64,000 nucleotides of DNA from Candidatus Spongiisociaceae bacterium. Its GTDB lineage: Bacteria; Actinomycetota; Acidimicrobiia; Spongiisociales; Spongiisociaceae. Position 1 is the first letter of the stretch; each line of letters begins with the position of its first letter. The translations under genes and the position numbers were made by a program. Location: NCBI GenBank assembly GCA_965219685.1, contig CBDCOH010000002.1, forward strand, positions 320,001 to 384,000. The letters are read 5' to 3'. A model generated the notes under the pieces. The model was not told the DNA's origin. It ran no database searches and saw nothing but the letters and a program-made list of their open reading frames with translations. This document shows positions 36,091 through 45,159 of this stretch, piece by piece.

Positions 36091-37290
36091 ATGCGGCACT
36101 TCACGAGCGAATCGGTCACCGAGGGCCATCCCGACAAGATGGCCGACCGCATCTCCGATTCGATACTGGACGGCATCCTCGAGCGAGATCCGATGGCTCG
36201 GGTGGCGTGCGAGACGATGGTTGCGTCATCGAGGGTGATCCTGGCCGGAGAGATCGGGTACTCGCAGGAGTTGAGCCCAGCCGATCATCTGTCACCCGGA
36301 GAGATCGAGCACTGCGTTCGGGATGCTCTCAGGCACATCGGGTACACGTTCGATGACAGAGGGTTCCATGCTGATCGGGTTCCGATCGACGTGCTGCTGA
36401 ACAATCAGAGCGCCGACATCGCAGCCGGCGTATCGAAAGCACTCGAGGCGCGGCAAGGGGCGGAGGACCGGCTCGATCAACTCGGCGCCGGCGACCAGGG
36501 CCTCATGTTCGGCTACGCCAACCGGGAGACCGATGAACTGATGCCGGCGCCGATCCAGCTTGCCCACCGCCTTGCCGAGCGGCTGACCGAGGTAAGGCGC
36601 TCCGGAGTGCTCGACTACCTGCGTCCGGACGGCAAGACCCAGGTGACGGTCCGGTACGACGACAATGTGCCGGTCGGTGTGCCGCGGGCGTTGATCTCCT
36701 CCCACCATTCGAAGGACGTTTCGTCGGAGCAGATGAAAGAGGACCTGAGAGCGCACGTGCTCAAAGCAATCGGCGACGAACTCATCGATGACGACACGGA
36801 GTTGATCGTGAACCCGACGGGCCGCTTCGAGATTGGCGGCCCTGAGGGGGATGCCGGTCTCACCGGCCGCAAGATCATCGTCGATACGTACGGGGGCTAC
36901 GCCCGGCACGGGGGAGGGGCGTTCTCCGGTAAGGACCCGACCAAGGTCGATAGATCGGCAGCCTACTTCGCGCGCTACGTGGCCAAGAACGTGGTGGCGG
37001 CAGGGCTGGCGGACCGTTGCGAGATCCAGGTTGCCTACGCCATCGGTATGGCCAGGCCCTTCTCGGTCGACCTGGACACATTCGGGACTTCGACGATCGA
37101 TCCGGTCAAGCTGGGTGGCCTGGTGATGGAGTTCTTCGACTTCCGGCCGGCCGCGATCCTCGAAACCCTGGGCCTACGCGCTCCCATCTACGCGAGGACG
37201 GCGGCCTACGGTCACTTCGGCCGACCGGGGTTTCCCTGGGAGTCGACCGAGCCGGCCGGCAGACTGAGGGCCGCCGCGGAATCACGCTGA
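36091..37290 (+). CDS. metK: S-adenosylmethionine synthetase
   Basis: [19 protein letters not shown] and [17 protein letters not shown]. Confidence 0.98.
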   Translation: MRHFTSESVTEGHPDKMADRISDSILDGILERDPMARVACETMVASSRVILAGEIGYSQELSPADHLSPGEIEHCVRDALRHIGYTFDDRGFHADRVPIDVLLNNQSADIAAGVSKALEARQGAEDRLDQLGAGDQGLMFGYANRETDELMPAPIQLAHRLAERLTEVRRSGVLDYLRPDGKTQVTVRYDDNVPVGVPRALISSHHSKDVSSEQMKEDLRAHVLKAIGDELIDDDTELIVNPTGRFEIGGPEGDAGLTGRKIIVDTYGGYARHGGGAFSGKDPTKVDRSAAYFARYVAKNVVAAGLADRCEIQVAYAIGMARPFSVDLDTFGTSTIDPVKLGGLVMEFFDFRPAAILETLGLRAPIYARTAAYGHFGRPGFPWESTEPAGRLRAAAESR

Positions 37291-39068
37291 CCGCGACCAC
37301 AGTCGCACGGGTGGTCCCCGACATCCCGACCTTCGCGGTCGACGACGGATTCTCCTACCGGGTGCCCTCTGCGCTCCTGGACCACGTAATGGTGGGGTCC
37401 GTGGTGAGGGTGCCCCTAGCCGGGCGGCGTGTCCGCGGATACGTGGTCGGGTTGGAAGCGGGCGATGAAGCCTCCGGGCCCCGGAAGCTCAGGGAGGTGC
37501 GGTCGGTCTCGTCTACGGTCCCCGTCTTCACCGAGGCGATGCTGCCGTCCCTGCGGTGGGCCGCCGCTCACTACGTCGCTCCGCTGGCCGGGGTGTTGGC
37601 CAAGTCCGCACCGCCCAACCTGCCCAAGCGGCCCGCCCCGCGCCGGCTTCCGAGCATTCCCCCGGCCGGAAGCCCCATCACCCGCGTGGCCGGGAGCGCC
37701 CCATCCCGAGATCCGGGCATCGTGCAGCTATTGGCCGGTGGGGGCTGGGGGGAGTTGATCAGGCGATGCGTGACCGGAACCCTCCGGGCCGGAAGGTCGG
37801 CGTTGGTGGTGGCGCCGACCGCGGTCGAGGCGGCTCGCCTGGCCGATCAACTGGAGGGGGATATGGGAGGTAGGGTTGTCAGGGCGGCCGACCAGGACAA
37901 CGCCGCTCTTACCGCGGCCTGGTCCCGCGCCGCGACCCAGGGCGGCTTGGTGGTGGTTGGAACCCTGCGGGTGATCTGGTGGCCGGTGAAGGACTTGTCG
38001 ATGATCTGCCTGGTCGAGGAGGGGCGCAGGGGTATGAAGGAGCGGCAGACGCCCACCGTTGCAGCCGGGACCGTCGCGCGGATGAGGTCGTCTGCGGAAC
38101 GACTCCGGCTGGTCCTGGTGGGTCGGGCGCCGACCGTCGACACCCTGCACGAAGACGCGGTGATCGAACGGATCCGGGGTCGCCTGTGGGCGCGGGTGGA
38201 GGTGGTCGACCGCACCGAGGATCCGCCCGGCGGAGGCCTGGTTGCCGAGCGTGTACGGGTGGCGATTGCCTCCACGCTCCGGCGGGACGGGAGGGTGTTC
38301 GTCTTCAGTCACCGCAGGGGTTACGCTCCCGCGTCGCGCTGCGTGAACTGTCGCAGCCTGAGGAGTTGCCCCGCATGCGGCTCGCGACCCGGCCATCGCG
38401 ACACCTGCCCGCGGTGCGAGGCGGCGCTCGGTCCCTGTCCGTCTTGCGGCGGGAAGCGGTTCGAACCGCTCGGGGCTGCTGTGGGGCGCATCACCGAAAC
38501 CCTCCGCAGGTCCGTGGGCGACGGAGTGGGAAGTGTGGGGTCGGATTGTGCCGTGATGGTCGGTACCGAGCGGGACCTCGTCGAGGTGCCGCCGGTCGAT
38601 CTGGCGGTGGTCGTGGACGCGGACGGGCTGGTCCGCGGTACCAACTACCGGTCGACGGAGGAGGCCCTGGCGGTGTTGGCCCGTACCGCGTCCACTCTGC
38701 GGCGCAACGGCAGGTGCAGGATGATGTTGCAGACCGCCGATGTCCGGCATCCCGTCTACGAAGCCCTACAACTGGGAGATCCGATTCCCTTCCTCCGAGA
38801 CGAGTTGGTGGCGCGCCGGCGGTTCTCCTTGCCTCCCTGTGGAGAGGTCATGGTGGTCGAGGTGGAAGGAACCGAGGACGCGGCCGTACTCGACACGGCG
38901 TTCGCCGGCGCGGACGTCTACGGGCCCGCCAGGGACTCCGGTCGCACCCGATGGATAGTCCAGGGACGCAGACTGCGGGAACAGAAGCAGCGCCTGCGGG
39001 CGGCCGCGGGCAGGCTCAGGGATCAGGGCTGCAAGGTACGAATCGACGTGGACCCCCGCGAGTTCTGA
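37287..39068 (+). CDS. priA: Primosomal protein N' (actinobacterial helicase-degenerate type)
   Basis: N-terminal F.Y.VP...G..VRVPL, RRGY, four CxxC pairs and a C-terminal IDVDP. No GSGKT Walker A. Start is CTG 37287 or GTG 37311. Confidence 0.88.
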   Translation: MTATTVARVVPDIPTFAVDDGFSYRVPSALLDHVMVGSVVRVPLAGRRVRGYVVGLEAGDEASGPRKLREVRSVSSTVPVFTEAMLPSLRWAAAHYVAPLAGVLAKSAPPNLPKRPAPRRLPSIPPAGSPITRVAGSAPSRDPGIVQLLAGGGWGELIRRCVTGTLRAGRSALVVAPTAVEAARLADQLEGDMGGRVVRAADQDNAALTAAWSRAATQGGLVVVGTLRVIWWPVKDLSMICLVEEGRRGMKERQTPTVAAGTVARMRSSAERLRLVLVGRAPTVDTLHEDAVIERIRGRLWARVEVVDRTEDPPGGGLVAERVRVAIASTLRRDGRVFVFSHRRGYAPASRCVNCRSLRSCPACGSRPGHRDTCPRCEAALGPCPSCGGKRFEPLGAAVGRITETLRRSVGDGVGSVGSDCAVMVGTERDLVEVPPVDLAVVVDADGLVRGTNYRSTEEALAVLARTASTLRRNGRCRMMLQTADVRHPVYEALQLGDPIPFLRDELVARRRFSLPPCGEVMVVEVEGTEDAAVLDTAFAGADVYGPARDSGRTRWIVQGRRLREQKQRLRAAAGRLRDQGCKVRIDVDPREF

Positions 39069-39098
39069 TGTTGGTGGCTTGTGGCTTGTGGCTTGTGG
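39069..39098 (+). repeat. Heptamer array TGTTG(GTGGCTT)3GTGG, left arm of a terminal inverted repeat
   Basis: Starts on the base after the priA stop. 27/30 identical to the reverse complement of 39571-39600. Confidence 0.9.
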
Positions 39099-39110
39099 AG
39101 TCCTAACCGA

Positions 39111-39215
39111 TTCACGATTCACGATTCACGATTCACGATTCACCATTCACGATTCACGATTCACCACTCACCACTCACCACTCACCACTCACCACTCACC
39201 ACTCACCACTCACCA
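39111..39215 (-). repeat. 15-unit heptamer array, (TTCACSA)8(CTCACCA)7 on +
   Basis: Read directly. On the minus strand it is (TGGTGAG)7(TSGTGAA)8, just after the stop of the small ORF. Confidence 0.95.
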
Positions 39216-39217
39216 CC

Positions 39218-39409
39218 CTACCGAAGCACCGCGATGGTGATGGCTGCGGCGCTTGCCACGAGTCCGGTCATCCACCCCACGATCCACCGGGTCTGCTCGG
39301 CGAATCGTTTCTCGATGTCAGCGCGTAGATCGGCTATCTCCGTCCGGACCCCCGAGATAGTGGCATCCAGCCGGTCGCGGCTGACGTACTGGTCTGTGAC
39401 GGTCCCCAT
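39218..39409 (-). CDS. Small coiled-coil protein with C-terminal TM helix (DUF1640/CCDC90-like, 63 aa)
   Basis: GGAGG SD. VRTEIADLRADIEKRFAEQTRWIVG...IAVLR, a paralog of 42448-42621. Alternative start at 39442. Confidence 0.8.
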   Translation of the reverse strand: MGTVTDQYVSRDRLDATISGVRTEIADLRADIEKRFAEQTRWIVGWMTGLVASAAAITIAVLR

Positions 39410-39513
39410 AGACTTGCCTCCGGGTTCTCTGGTCGATTCCATTAGGATTGTAATCTAATGTTACAAGCCATCATAGTTTCGACTGTCCACTAAGCAACCC
39501 TGCTCTGACTCAG

Positions 39514-39600
39514 TTCACGATTCACCATTCACGATTCACCATTCACCAGCCACCAGCCACCAGCCACCAGCCACCAGCCACCAGCCACCAGCCACCAACA
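39514..39600 (+). repeat. Heptamer array of TTCACSA units then (CACCAGC)7 CACCAAC, containing the right arm of the inverted repeat
   Basis: Read directly. Ends 2 nt before the def -10 box TATCCT. Confidence 0.95.
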
Positions 39601-39615
39601 ACTATCCTCCATCCG

Positions 39616-40113
39616 GTGGCCATCTTTCCTATCCGCACGTTCGGTGATCCGGCGCTGCGTGTCCGGACCGAGAAGGTAAAGGTATTCGACGGCGCGCTCC
39701 GGAGACTTGCCGATGACATGATCGACACCATGTACGACGCACCGGGCGTTGGCCTGGCGGCCCCGCAGATCGGTGTGTCGAAGCGAATCTGCGTTTTCGA
39801 TGCGGGGGACGGTCCCCAGGTGCTGGTGAACCCTGAGATCGTCGAGACATCGGGGGAGTGGGAGTTCGACGAGGGATGCTTGTCGGTTCCCGGCCACTAC
39901 TGGCCGATCACCCGCCCGGCTTTCGCTCGAGCACGCGGACAGGACTTGTCCGGTGCCCCTGTCGAATACGCAGGGCACGAACTGCTAGGCAGGGTGCTCC
40001 AGCACGAGACCGATCACTTGAACGGCATGCTGCTGATCGAGAGACTTGACCGGCCGACCCGCAAGGATGCCCTGCGCGACATCCGCAACCAAGCTCTCGG
40101 CTTGTCGGAGTGA
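39616..40113 (+). CDS. def: Peptide deformylase
   Basis: GVGLAAPQIG, EGCLS and QHETDHL.G. Confidence 0.97.
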   Translation: MAIFPIRTFGDPALRVRTEKVKVFDGALRRLADDMIDTMYDAPGVGLAAPQIGVSKRICVFDAGDGPQVLVNPEIVETSGEWEFDEGCLSVPGHYWPITRPAFARARGQDLSGAPVEYAGHELLGRVLQHETDHLNGMLLIERLDRPTRKDALRDIRNQALGLSE

Positions 40114-41021
40114 TCCGAGCCGCGTTTCTGGGTACGTCGAGGGCGGCCGTGCCTGCACTCGAGGCAATGGTGAGTCTGACCGACCTACGCATGGTGATCA
40201 CCCGGCCGGACCGTCGCCGAGGACGGGGGCGAGTGATGTCGGCGTCTCCGGTAAAGCACCGAGCCCTGGAGCTTGGTCTGGAGGTGCGCCAGCCCGACAC
40301 ATCACAGCAACTCGATGCTGAGATCGCCTCGACCACTCTGGACGTAGCAGTGGTGGCCGCCTACGGGGTGCTTGTGCGCCCGGTAACGCTTTGCCATCCT
40401 TCCGGGGGAATGCTCAACCTGCATTTCTCGTTGTTGCCCCGGTGGAGGGGTGCGGCGCCGGTCGAACGCGCGATCCTGGCGGGAGACCCGACCACGGGAG
40501 TGACCCTCATGCAGATGGCGGAGGGACTGGACACCGGAGGGCTGGTGTCGGCCTGGGAGACGGCCATAGGATCGGACGAGACCGGCGGAGAACTGTCGGA
40601 GCGTTTGGCGGTCGGGGCGGCTGAATTGCTCCGCGAAGCCCTGGTTCCGGCCGTCGCCGGACACATTGTCCCGGTTCCGCAGGACGAGCGGTTGGCCACC
40701 GTGGCTCCCCGGATCTCGAAGGCGGAGCTCAGGCTCGACTGGGCGGCACCGGCTGCAGAGGTCAACCGGACCATCCGCGCCTTCAGTCCCCGCCCCGGCG
40801 CCTACACGACATGGCGAGATCAGCGATTCAAGATCCTGCGCGCGAAGGTGGCGCAGGGAAGCCTCGAGCCGGGCCGCCTCGAAGCCGCCGGCGGGACCGT
40901 GCGGGTGGGCACAGGCCGGGGGTGCCTCGAGTTGCTGTCGGTCCGGCCGGCCGGGTCCAGGTCGATGAGAGCCGCTGATTGGCTCCGGGGCGTGAAGGGC
41001 GTTCCGGGGCGCTTCGTGTGA
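40110..41021 (+). CDS. fmt: Methionyl-tRNA formyltransferase
   Basis: T.PDR..GRG, AYG, NLHFSLLPRWRGAAP and LDTG. Confidence 0.96.
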   Translation: MIRAAFLGTSRAAVPALEAMVSLTDLRMVITRPDRRRGRGRVMSASPVKHRALELGLEVRQPDTSQQLDAEIASTTLDVAVVAAYGVLVRPVTLCHPSGGMLNLHFSLLPRWRGAAPVERAILAGDPTTGVTLMQMAEGLDTGGLVSAWETAIGSDETGGELSERLAVGAAELLREALVPAVAGHIVPVPQDERLATVAPRISKAELRLDWAAPAAEVNRTIRAFSPRPGAYTTWRDQRFKILRAKVAQGSLEPGRLEAAGGTVRVGTGRGCLELLSVRPAGSRSMRAADWLRGVKGVPGRFV

Positions 41022-42217
41022 AGCCGGGCGTCCCGGCGCGCGTCGCGGCGGCCGGTCTGGTCGGAAGGGTCGTTCGCGGTGGCGCTTGGTCCAACCTGGT
41101 GGTGCGAGACATCGACCTACCCCCGCAGGACGCTCGCCTGGTGCGCCATCTCGTGTACGGGACGATCAGAAACCTGACGCGCCTGGACCGGGCGATTTCC
41201 GGGTTGTCGCGCCGTCCGGTCCCCACCGTGGATCCGGGCTTGCTGGATGTTCTTCGGGTGGCCTTCCATGAGGTCCTGTTCGGTAGGGCGGCCGCTCACG
41301 CGGTTGCTCACACCGCGGTGGAGTCTGCTCGCGCCCTCGGCTACGGCCGGGCTGCGCGGTTCGTCAACGCTCTGGTGAGGAACCTGCAGAGAAACGGGGA
41401 ACCGGAACCACCCTCCGGGACGGCCGAGACGTTCAGCCTCCCCCGGTGGTTCGTGGACGACCTGGTCTCCGGATGGGGGAAGGACTCTGCCCGCTCCTTC
41501 GTCGAGGCCTCCCATGAAGACGCGCCGGTGGCGTTTCGCATGCGACGCGGCGTGCCACCGCCCTCGGGATCCGTGCCCGCCTCCGTCGCTGGTGCCTACT
41601 TCCATCCGGACGGCGTGCCGTCGGGCGCCGTGGTCCAGGATCCTGCTTCGCTGGCCGCGGTCCAGGCGCTACGAGTGTCTCGCGGAGAACGTGTGCTCGA
41701 GGTCGGGGCGGCCCCGGGAGGCAAGACCCTGGCGCTATGGGACCGCGACCCCGGACTCCTGGTCGCGCTGGACGTGCATGAGCGGCGCATCCGGCGCGCC
41801 CGTCGACGGACGGCAAGGTCCGGATTCGAGGGTCGGTGGGTTCGGGCGGACGGCCGCCGGCTGCCGTTCCCCACCGCAAGCCTGGACAAGGTCCTGGTGG
41901 ACGCTCCATGCACCGGACTCGGAACTCTCCGGCGCCGCCCCGAGATCCGCCTCCGAGTTACCGAGTCCGACCGCGACCGGCTCGCCGCCCTGCAGCGCAG
42001 CATGCTGGACGAGGCCCTGCGGGTGGTCCGTCCCGGAGGCCGGGTCGTATACGCGGTATGCACGGTCACCTCGGCGGAAACGACCGATGTGGTGTCCGGA
42101 CTCCCCGCCCGCCCTCCGGAGGACCTGCCCGGCAGGCATCTGGAAGGAGGCCTGCTCATGGCGCCAGACCTGACCGAGACCGACGGAATGTTCATTTCGG
42201 TGGTTGGTGGTTGGTGA
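41018..42217 (+). CDS. rsmB: 16S rRNA m5C methyltransferase RsmB/Sun
   Basis: NusB-like N-terminal domain, VQD.AS, AAPGGKT, LVDAPC.G.G..RR.PE and VY..CT. Confidence 0.9.
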   Translation: MKPGVPARVAAAGLVGRVVRGGAWSNLVVRDIDLPPQDARLVRHLVYGTIRNLTRLDRAISGLSRRPVPTVDPGLLDVLRVAFHEVLFGRAAAHAVAHTAVESARALGYGRAARFVNALVRNLQRNGEPEPPSGTAETFSLPRWFVDDLVSGWGKDSARSFVEASHEDAPVAFRMRRGVPPPSGSVPASVAGAYFHPDGVPSGAVVQDPASLAAVQALRVSRGERVLEVGAAPGGKTLALWDRDPGLLVALDVHERRIRRARRRTARSGFEGRWVRADGRRLPFPTASLDKVLVDAPCTGLGTLRRRPEIRLRVTESDRDRLAALQRSMLDEALRVVRPGGRVVYAVCTVTSAETTDVVSGLPARPPEDLPGRHLEGGLLMAPDLTETDGMFISVVGGW

Positions 42218-42274
42218 GTGGTGAGTGGTGAGTGGTGAGTGGTGAGTGGTGAATGGTGAATGGTGAATGGTGCT
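42198..42274 (+). repeat. Heptamer array (YGGTGGT)2(TGGTGAG)5(TGGTGAA)3 TGGTGCT
   Basis: Read directly. Supplies the last codons and the TGA of rsmB. Confidence 0.95.
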
Positions 42275-42277
42275 AAC

Positions 42278-42334
42278 TCTTGACGGTACTCGACCACCGA
42301 GTTAGGACCCGGCTGCGATGAGCGAGCTGTGGTA
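42278..42334 (+). repeat. 57-bp dispersed element, copy C
   Basis: Ungapped 46/57 identity to copy B. Followed by CCTGCAA heptamers at 42344-42375. Confidence 0.88.
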
Positions 42335-42388
42335 AGTCGTTCACCTGCAACCTTGCCAACCTGCAACCTGCAACCGATATCCGAGGGG

Positions 42389-42418
42389 TTGTCATATGGC
42401 TCATAGTGAAGTTAAGAT
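42389..42418 (+). promoter_or_regulatory. Sigma70-type promoter of the small cargo gene
   Basis: TTGTCA-N18-TAAGAT, about 30 nt upstream of ATG 42448. Confidence 0.55.
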
Positions 42419-42447
42419 GGGTTAAGAGTGCGCGAAAGGTTGTAGTC

Positions 42448-42621
42448 ATGACAGTGACCGAGGGATTGATGGACGCCAAGGACGAACCCCGCCAGGCAGA
42501 AGTCCGTACGGACATCGCTGAGGCGCTGCTCGCTATCGAGAAACGGTTCGCTTCTCAGACCAAGTGGATCGTCGGTGTGGGCCTGGCCATGACAGCCATC
42601 ATCATCGCGGTGCTCAGGTGA
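42448..42621 (+). CDS. Small coiled-coil protein with C-terminal TM helix (DUF1640/CCDC90-like, 57 aa)
   Basis: AAAGGT SD. VRTDIAEALLAIEKRFASQTKWIVG...IAVLR, a paralog of 39218-39409. Confidence 0.78.
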   Translation: MTVTEGLMDAKDEPRQAEVRTDIAEALLAIEKRFASQTKWIVGVGLAMTAIIIAVLR

Positions 42622-42679
42622 CCGTGGTCGCCGAGGGCCGCAGCCGAGAACACATGCACAGATAACCGGACCACGGGTA

Positions 42680-42714
42680 CCGGCAACCGGTAGCCGGCAA
42701 CCGGCAACCGGCCA
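42680..42714 (+). repeat. Heptamer array of CCGGCAA-type units x5
   Basis: CCGGCAA CCGGTAG CCGGCAA CCGGCAA CCGGCCA, ending 1 nt before the rpe -10 box TACCCT. Confidence 0.85.
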
Positions 42715-42727
42715 TTACCCTACGAAC

Positions 42728-43420
42728 GTGATACGACCGGTCCGCATCGCCGCTTCGATCCTCGCTGCCGACTTCGCCCGTCTCGGCGAGGAGGTGGCCC
42801 GGGTCGAGCCTCACCTTGACCTGCTCCACGTCGACGTCATGGACGGCCACTTCGTGCCCAATATCTCCTTGGGGATCCCGGTCATAAGGTCGCTACGGGC
42901 TGTGTCCGGCCTGCCGTTCGACTGCCACCTGATGATCGCCAATCCGGAGAACTTCGTCGAGGCTCTGCACGGAGCGGGCGCCACCGGGATCACCGTGCAC
43001 ATGGAGGCGGTGCCGGATCCCACCGGGGTGGCGCGGATGGCTCGAGAGGTGGGTCTCGGGTTCGGGGTCGTGATCAATCCGGCAACTCCATTCGAGACGA
43101 TGGACCCCTTCCTGGAACTGTGCGACATCGTGCTGGTCATGTCCGTCGAACCCGGGTTCGGGGGACAGGGATTCATCTCGTCCGTCCTTGCCAAGGTCGA
43201 AGCTGCCCGCAAGGAGATCGACGACCGGGGCCTAGATGTGGACTTGGAGATTGACGGCGGGATCGGTCCGGAGACTATCGGCGCGGCCCGGAGTGCCGGC
43301 GCGGACGTGTTCGTGGCCGGGACCGCAATCTTCGGGCGCCCCGATCCGGTCGCGGCCATCGCCGAACTCAGAGACATGGCGTCGTCCGGGGATCGGCCGG
43401 TCGCGGGAGGTGCGGAGTGA
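42728..43420 (+). CDS. rpe: Ribulose-phosphate 3-epimerase
   Basis: [26 protein letters not shown] and IDGG. Confidence 0.96.
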   Translation: MIRPVRIAASILAADFARLGEEVARVEPHLDLLHVDVMDGHFVPNISLGIPVIRSLRAVSGLPFDCHLMIANPENFVEALHGAGATGITVHMEAVPDPTGVARMAREVGLGFGVVINPATPFETMDPFLELCDIVLVMSVEPGFGGQGFISSVLAKVEAARKEIDDRGLDVDLEIDGGIGPETIGAARSAGADVFVAGTAIFGRPDPVAAIAELRDMASSGDRPVAGGAE

Positions 43421-44859
43421 AAGCGGACTGGTCGGACGATGAGCGCCGCTGGATGATCCGGGCGATCGAGTTGGCGCGCTCCCAGCGCACCCATCCCAAC
43501 CCGAGGGTTGGCTGCGTGATCGTCGATGACCGGGGCGAAGTAGTGGGGGAAGGCGTTCATCGGGGGGTCGGAACCCGGCACGCCGAGCAGGAGGCCTTGA
43601 GCGAGGCGGGGACCGCCGCCCGTGGAGGCACCGCCGTCGTCTCCCTCGAACCCTGCTCGCACTTCGGCCGGACCCCGCCCTGCGCCCAGGCATTGGTCGC
43701 AGCCGGCATCGTCCGGGTGGTGGCGGCTACCCACGATCCGGACCGGAGGGTGCGCGGACGGGGCTTTGGCATGCTCGAGGAGGCCGGCGTCGAGACGGCG
43801 GTGGGACTGCTGAACCGGGAGGCGATAGAACTCGACCCCGCCTACCACCATCACCGACGATCCGGCCGACCCTACGTTCGGATGGTGCACACCGGAGGAC
43901 TCGAAGCGGTGGACGCGGCTGTCCTCTCCGACCTTGCCGAACTCCAAGCCGACTTGGACGTGATGGTTACCGGTGCGGAACTGGATCCTCACGAGACCGG
44001 CGGCCGGGCGATGAGGGACCGCCTGACGAGGCTGGGGGAGCAGGGGCTCATCTATGTAGGGGTTCGGTACGACGGCCTGATGCGCGGGCTCGGCCGGGAG
44101 GGACTGGTCGATGTGGCGACCGTCTACTCCACCACACCCGCGCTCGCGCCGCATGCCGGAGGTGCGGACGGAGCGTTCCGCCGTGTCGGTGAGCGGGCGG
44201 TCGGCTCCTGCTACCGCATCGATCTCGAAGTTGTGGAACCGCGCCCGAAAGGACCGGTCCGGCGAGGCGCCGAGGCGCGAATCCCCACCCGCCACGGTCT
44301 GTTCAAGGCTGTCGGGTATGAGTCGGTCGCCGACGGTCGGCAGCATGTTGCCCTCGTGCGAGGGGAACTCGGGTCGGCTCCGTTGGTGAGGGTCCACTCC
44401 GAGTGCCTGACCGGCGATGTCTTCGGGAGCCTCCGTTGTGACTGCGGCTTCCAGCTGGACGAGGCTCTGAGCCGAATCGGTGGGGAAGGCGCCGGTTTGG
44501 TGCTCTACATGCGGGGCCATGAGGGACGGGGCATAGGTCTGATCCACAAACTGGCGGCCTACGCGCTGCAGGAACGCGGGCGCGACACGGTCCAGGCGAA
44601 CCTGGATCTCGGCTTTCCGGAGGACGGGCGCGACTACGGGATCGCGGCGGGAATCCTGAAGGATCTCGGGGTTAGGGAACTGCGCCTCCTTACCAACAAT
44701 CCGGCCAAGCGGGCGGGTATGGAGGAGAACGGCCTGCGGATCGTCGAGCGCATCCCTCTGGTCACGGGTGAGAACGATCACAACCGGACCTATCTCCGCA
44801 CCAAGGTGTCGAAGCTGGGTCATCTGATCGACTTGGAGGACGGGTTCCCCGACGGGTGA
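43417..44859 (+). CDS. Fusion of RibD pyrimidine deaminase, degenerate reductase and GTP cyclohydrolase II (RibA)
   Basis: PNP.VGCV, HAE and LEPC.H.GRTPPC in the N-terminus. [25 protein letters not shown] and LLTNNP.K in the C-terminus. Confidence 0.9.
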   Translation: MKADWSDDERRWMIRAIELARSQRTHPNPRVGCVIVDDRGEVVGEGVHRGVGTRHAEQEALSEAGTAARGGTAVVSLEPCSHFGRTPPCAQALVAAGIVRVVAATHDPDRRVRGRGFGMLEEAGVETAVGLLNREAIELDPAYHHHRRSGRPYVRMVHTGGLEAVDAAVLSDLAELQADLDVMVTGAELDPHETGGRAMRDRLTRLGEQGLIYVGVRYDGLMRGLGREGLVDVATVYSTTPALAPHAGGADGAFRRVGERAVGSCYRIDLEVVEPRPKGPVRRGAEARIPTRHGLFKAVGYESVADGRQHVALVRGELGSAPLVRVHSECLTGDVFGSLRCDCGFQLDEALSRIGGEGAGLVLYMRGHEGRGIGLIHKLAAYALQERGRDTVQANLDLGFPEDGRDYGIAAGILKDLGVRELRLLTNNPAKRAGMEENGLRIVERIPLVTGENDHNRTYLRTKVSKLGHLIDLEDGFPDG

Positions 44860-44908
44860 CCACCCCGCGGCGGCAGGAGACGTGGCTGATCGATGATTAT
44901 TCACCTCC

Positions 44909-45150
44909 TATAATGAGCGTCACAACGAGAAGAAGAGGAAGCCGGCTGCTTCCCACCCGGCCACCGGAGTAGCAGCGCCGAGGGAGTCGCGATGCCCCTC
45001 GGTCACCGAGTGTGCCGCGGTAAAGCGCCCTCGACACGTCGTGTCGTAACGGGGAGATTGAAGCCCGGAAAGGGCGTTCGTTACCGCAGCCGGTGGCTGC
45101 GTCACTATCGGCTCGAGTCGATATCGCACGACCAGACCGACGAGCAAAAG
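44909..45150 (+). promoter_or_regulatory. Promoter and structured leader of infC-rpmI-rplT (L20-leader-like)
   Basis: TATAAT at 44909, then the hairpin GGAAGC-CGGCT-GCTTCC followed by CACC, resembling the 5' part of the L20 leader. Leader is about 240 nt. Confidence 0.6.
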
Positions 45151-45159
45151 GAGATCCAT

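Noticed and set aside
39081-39458. ORFs with FTIHHS/PLTTHHS or WWLVAGG repeats (also 23127-23864, 39529-39978, 41596-42366)
   Set aside because: They are translations of the 7-bp arrays, not credible proteins.
39069-39600. Heptamer arrays as a CRISPR array
   Set aside because: The 7-bp units are contiguous with no unique spacers, and there are no cas genes.
42271-42307. Integron attC-like cores (CTAAC...GTTAG) around 57-bp copy C
   Set aside because: Present only in copy C, spanning about 37 bp, which is shorter than attC sites. The fit to RYYYAAC/GTTRRRY is imperfect and there is no integrase in the window.
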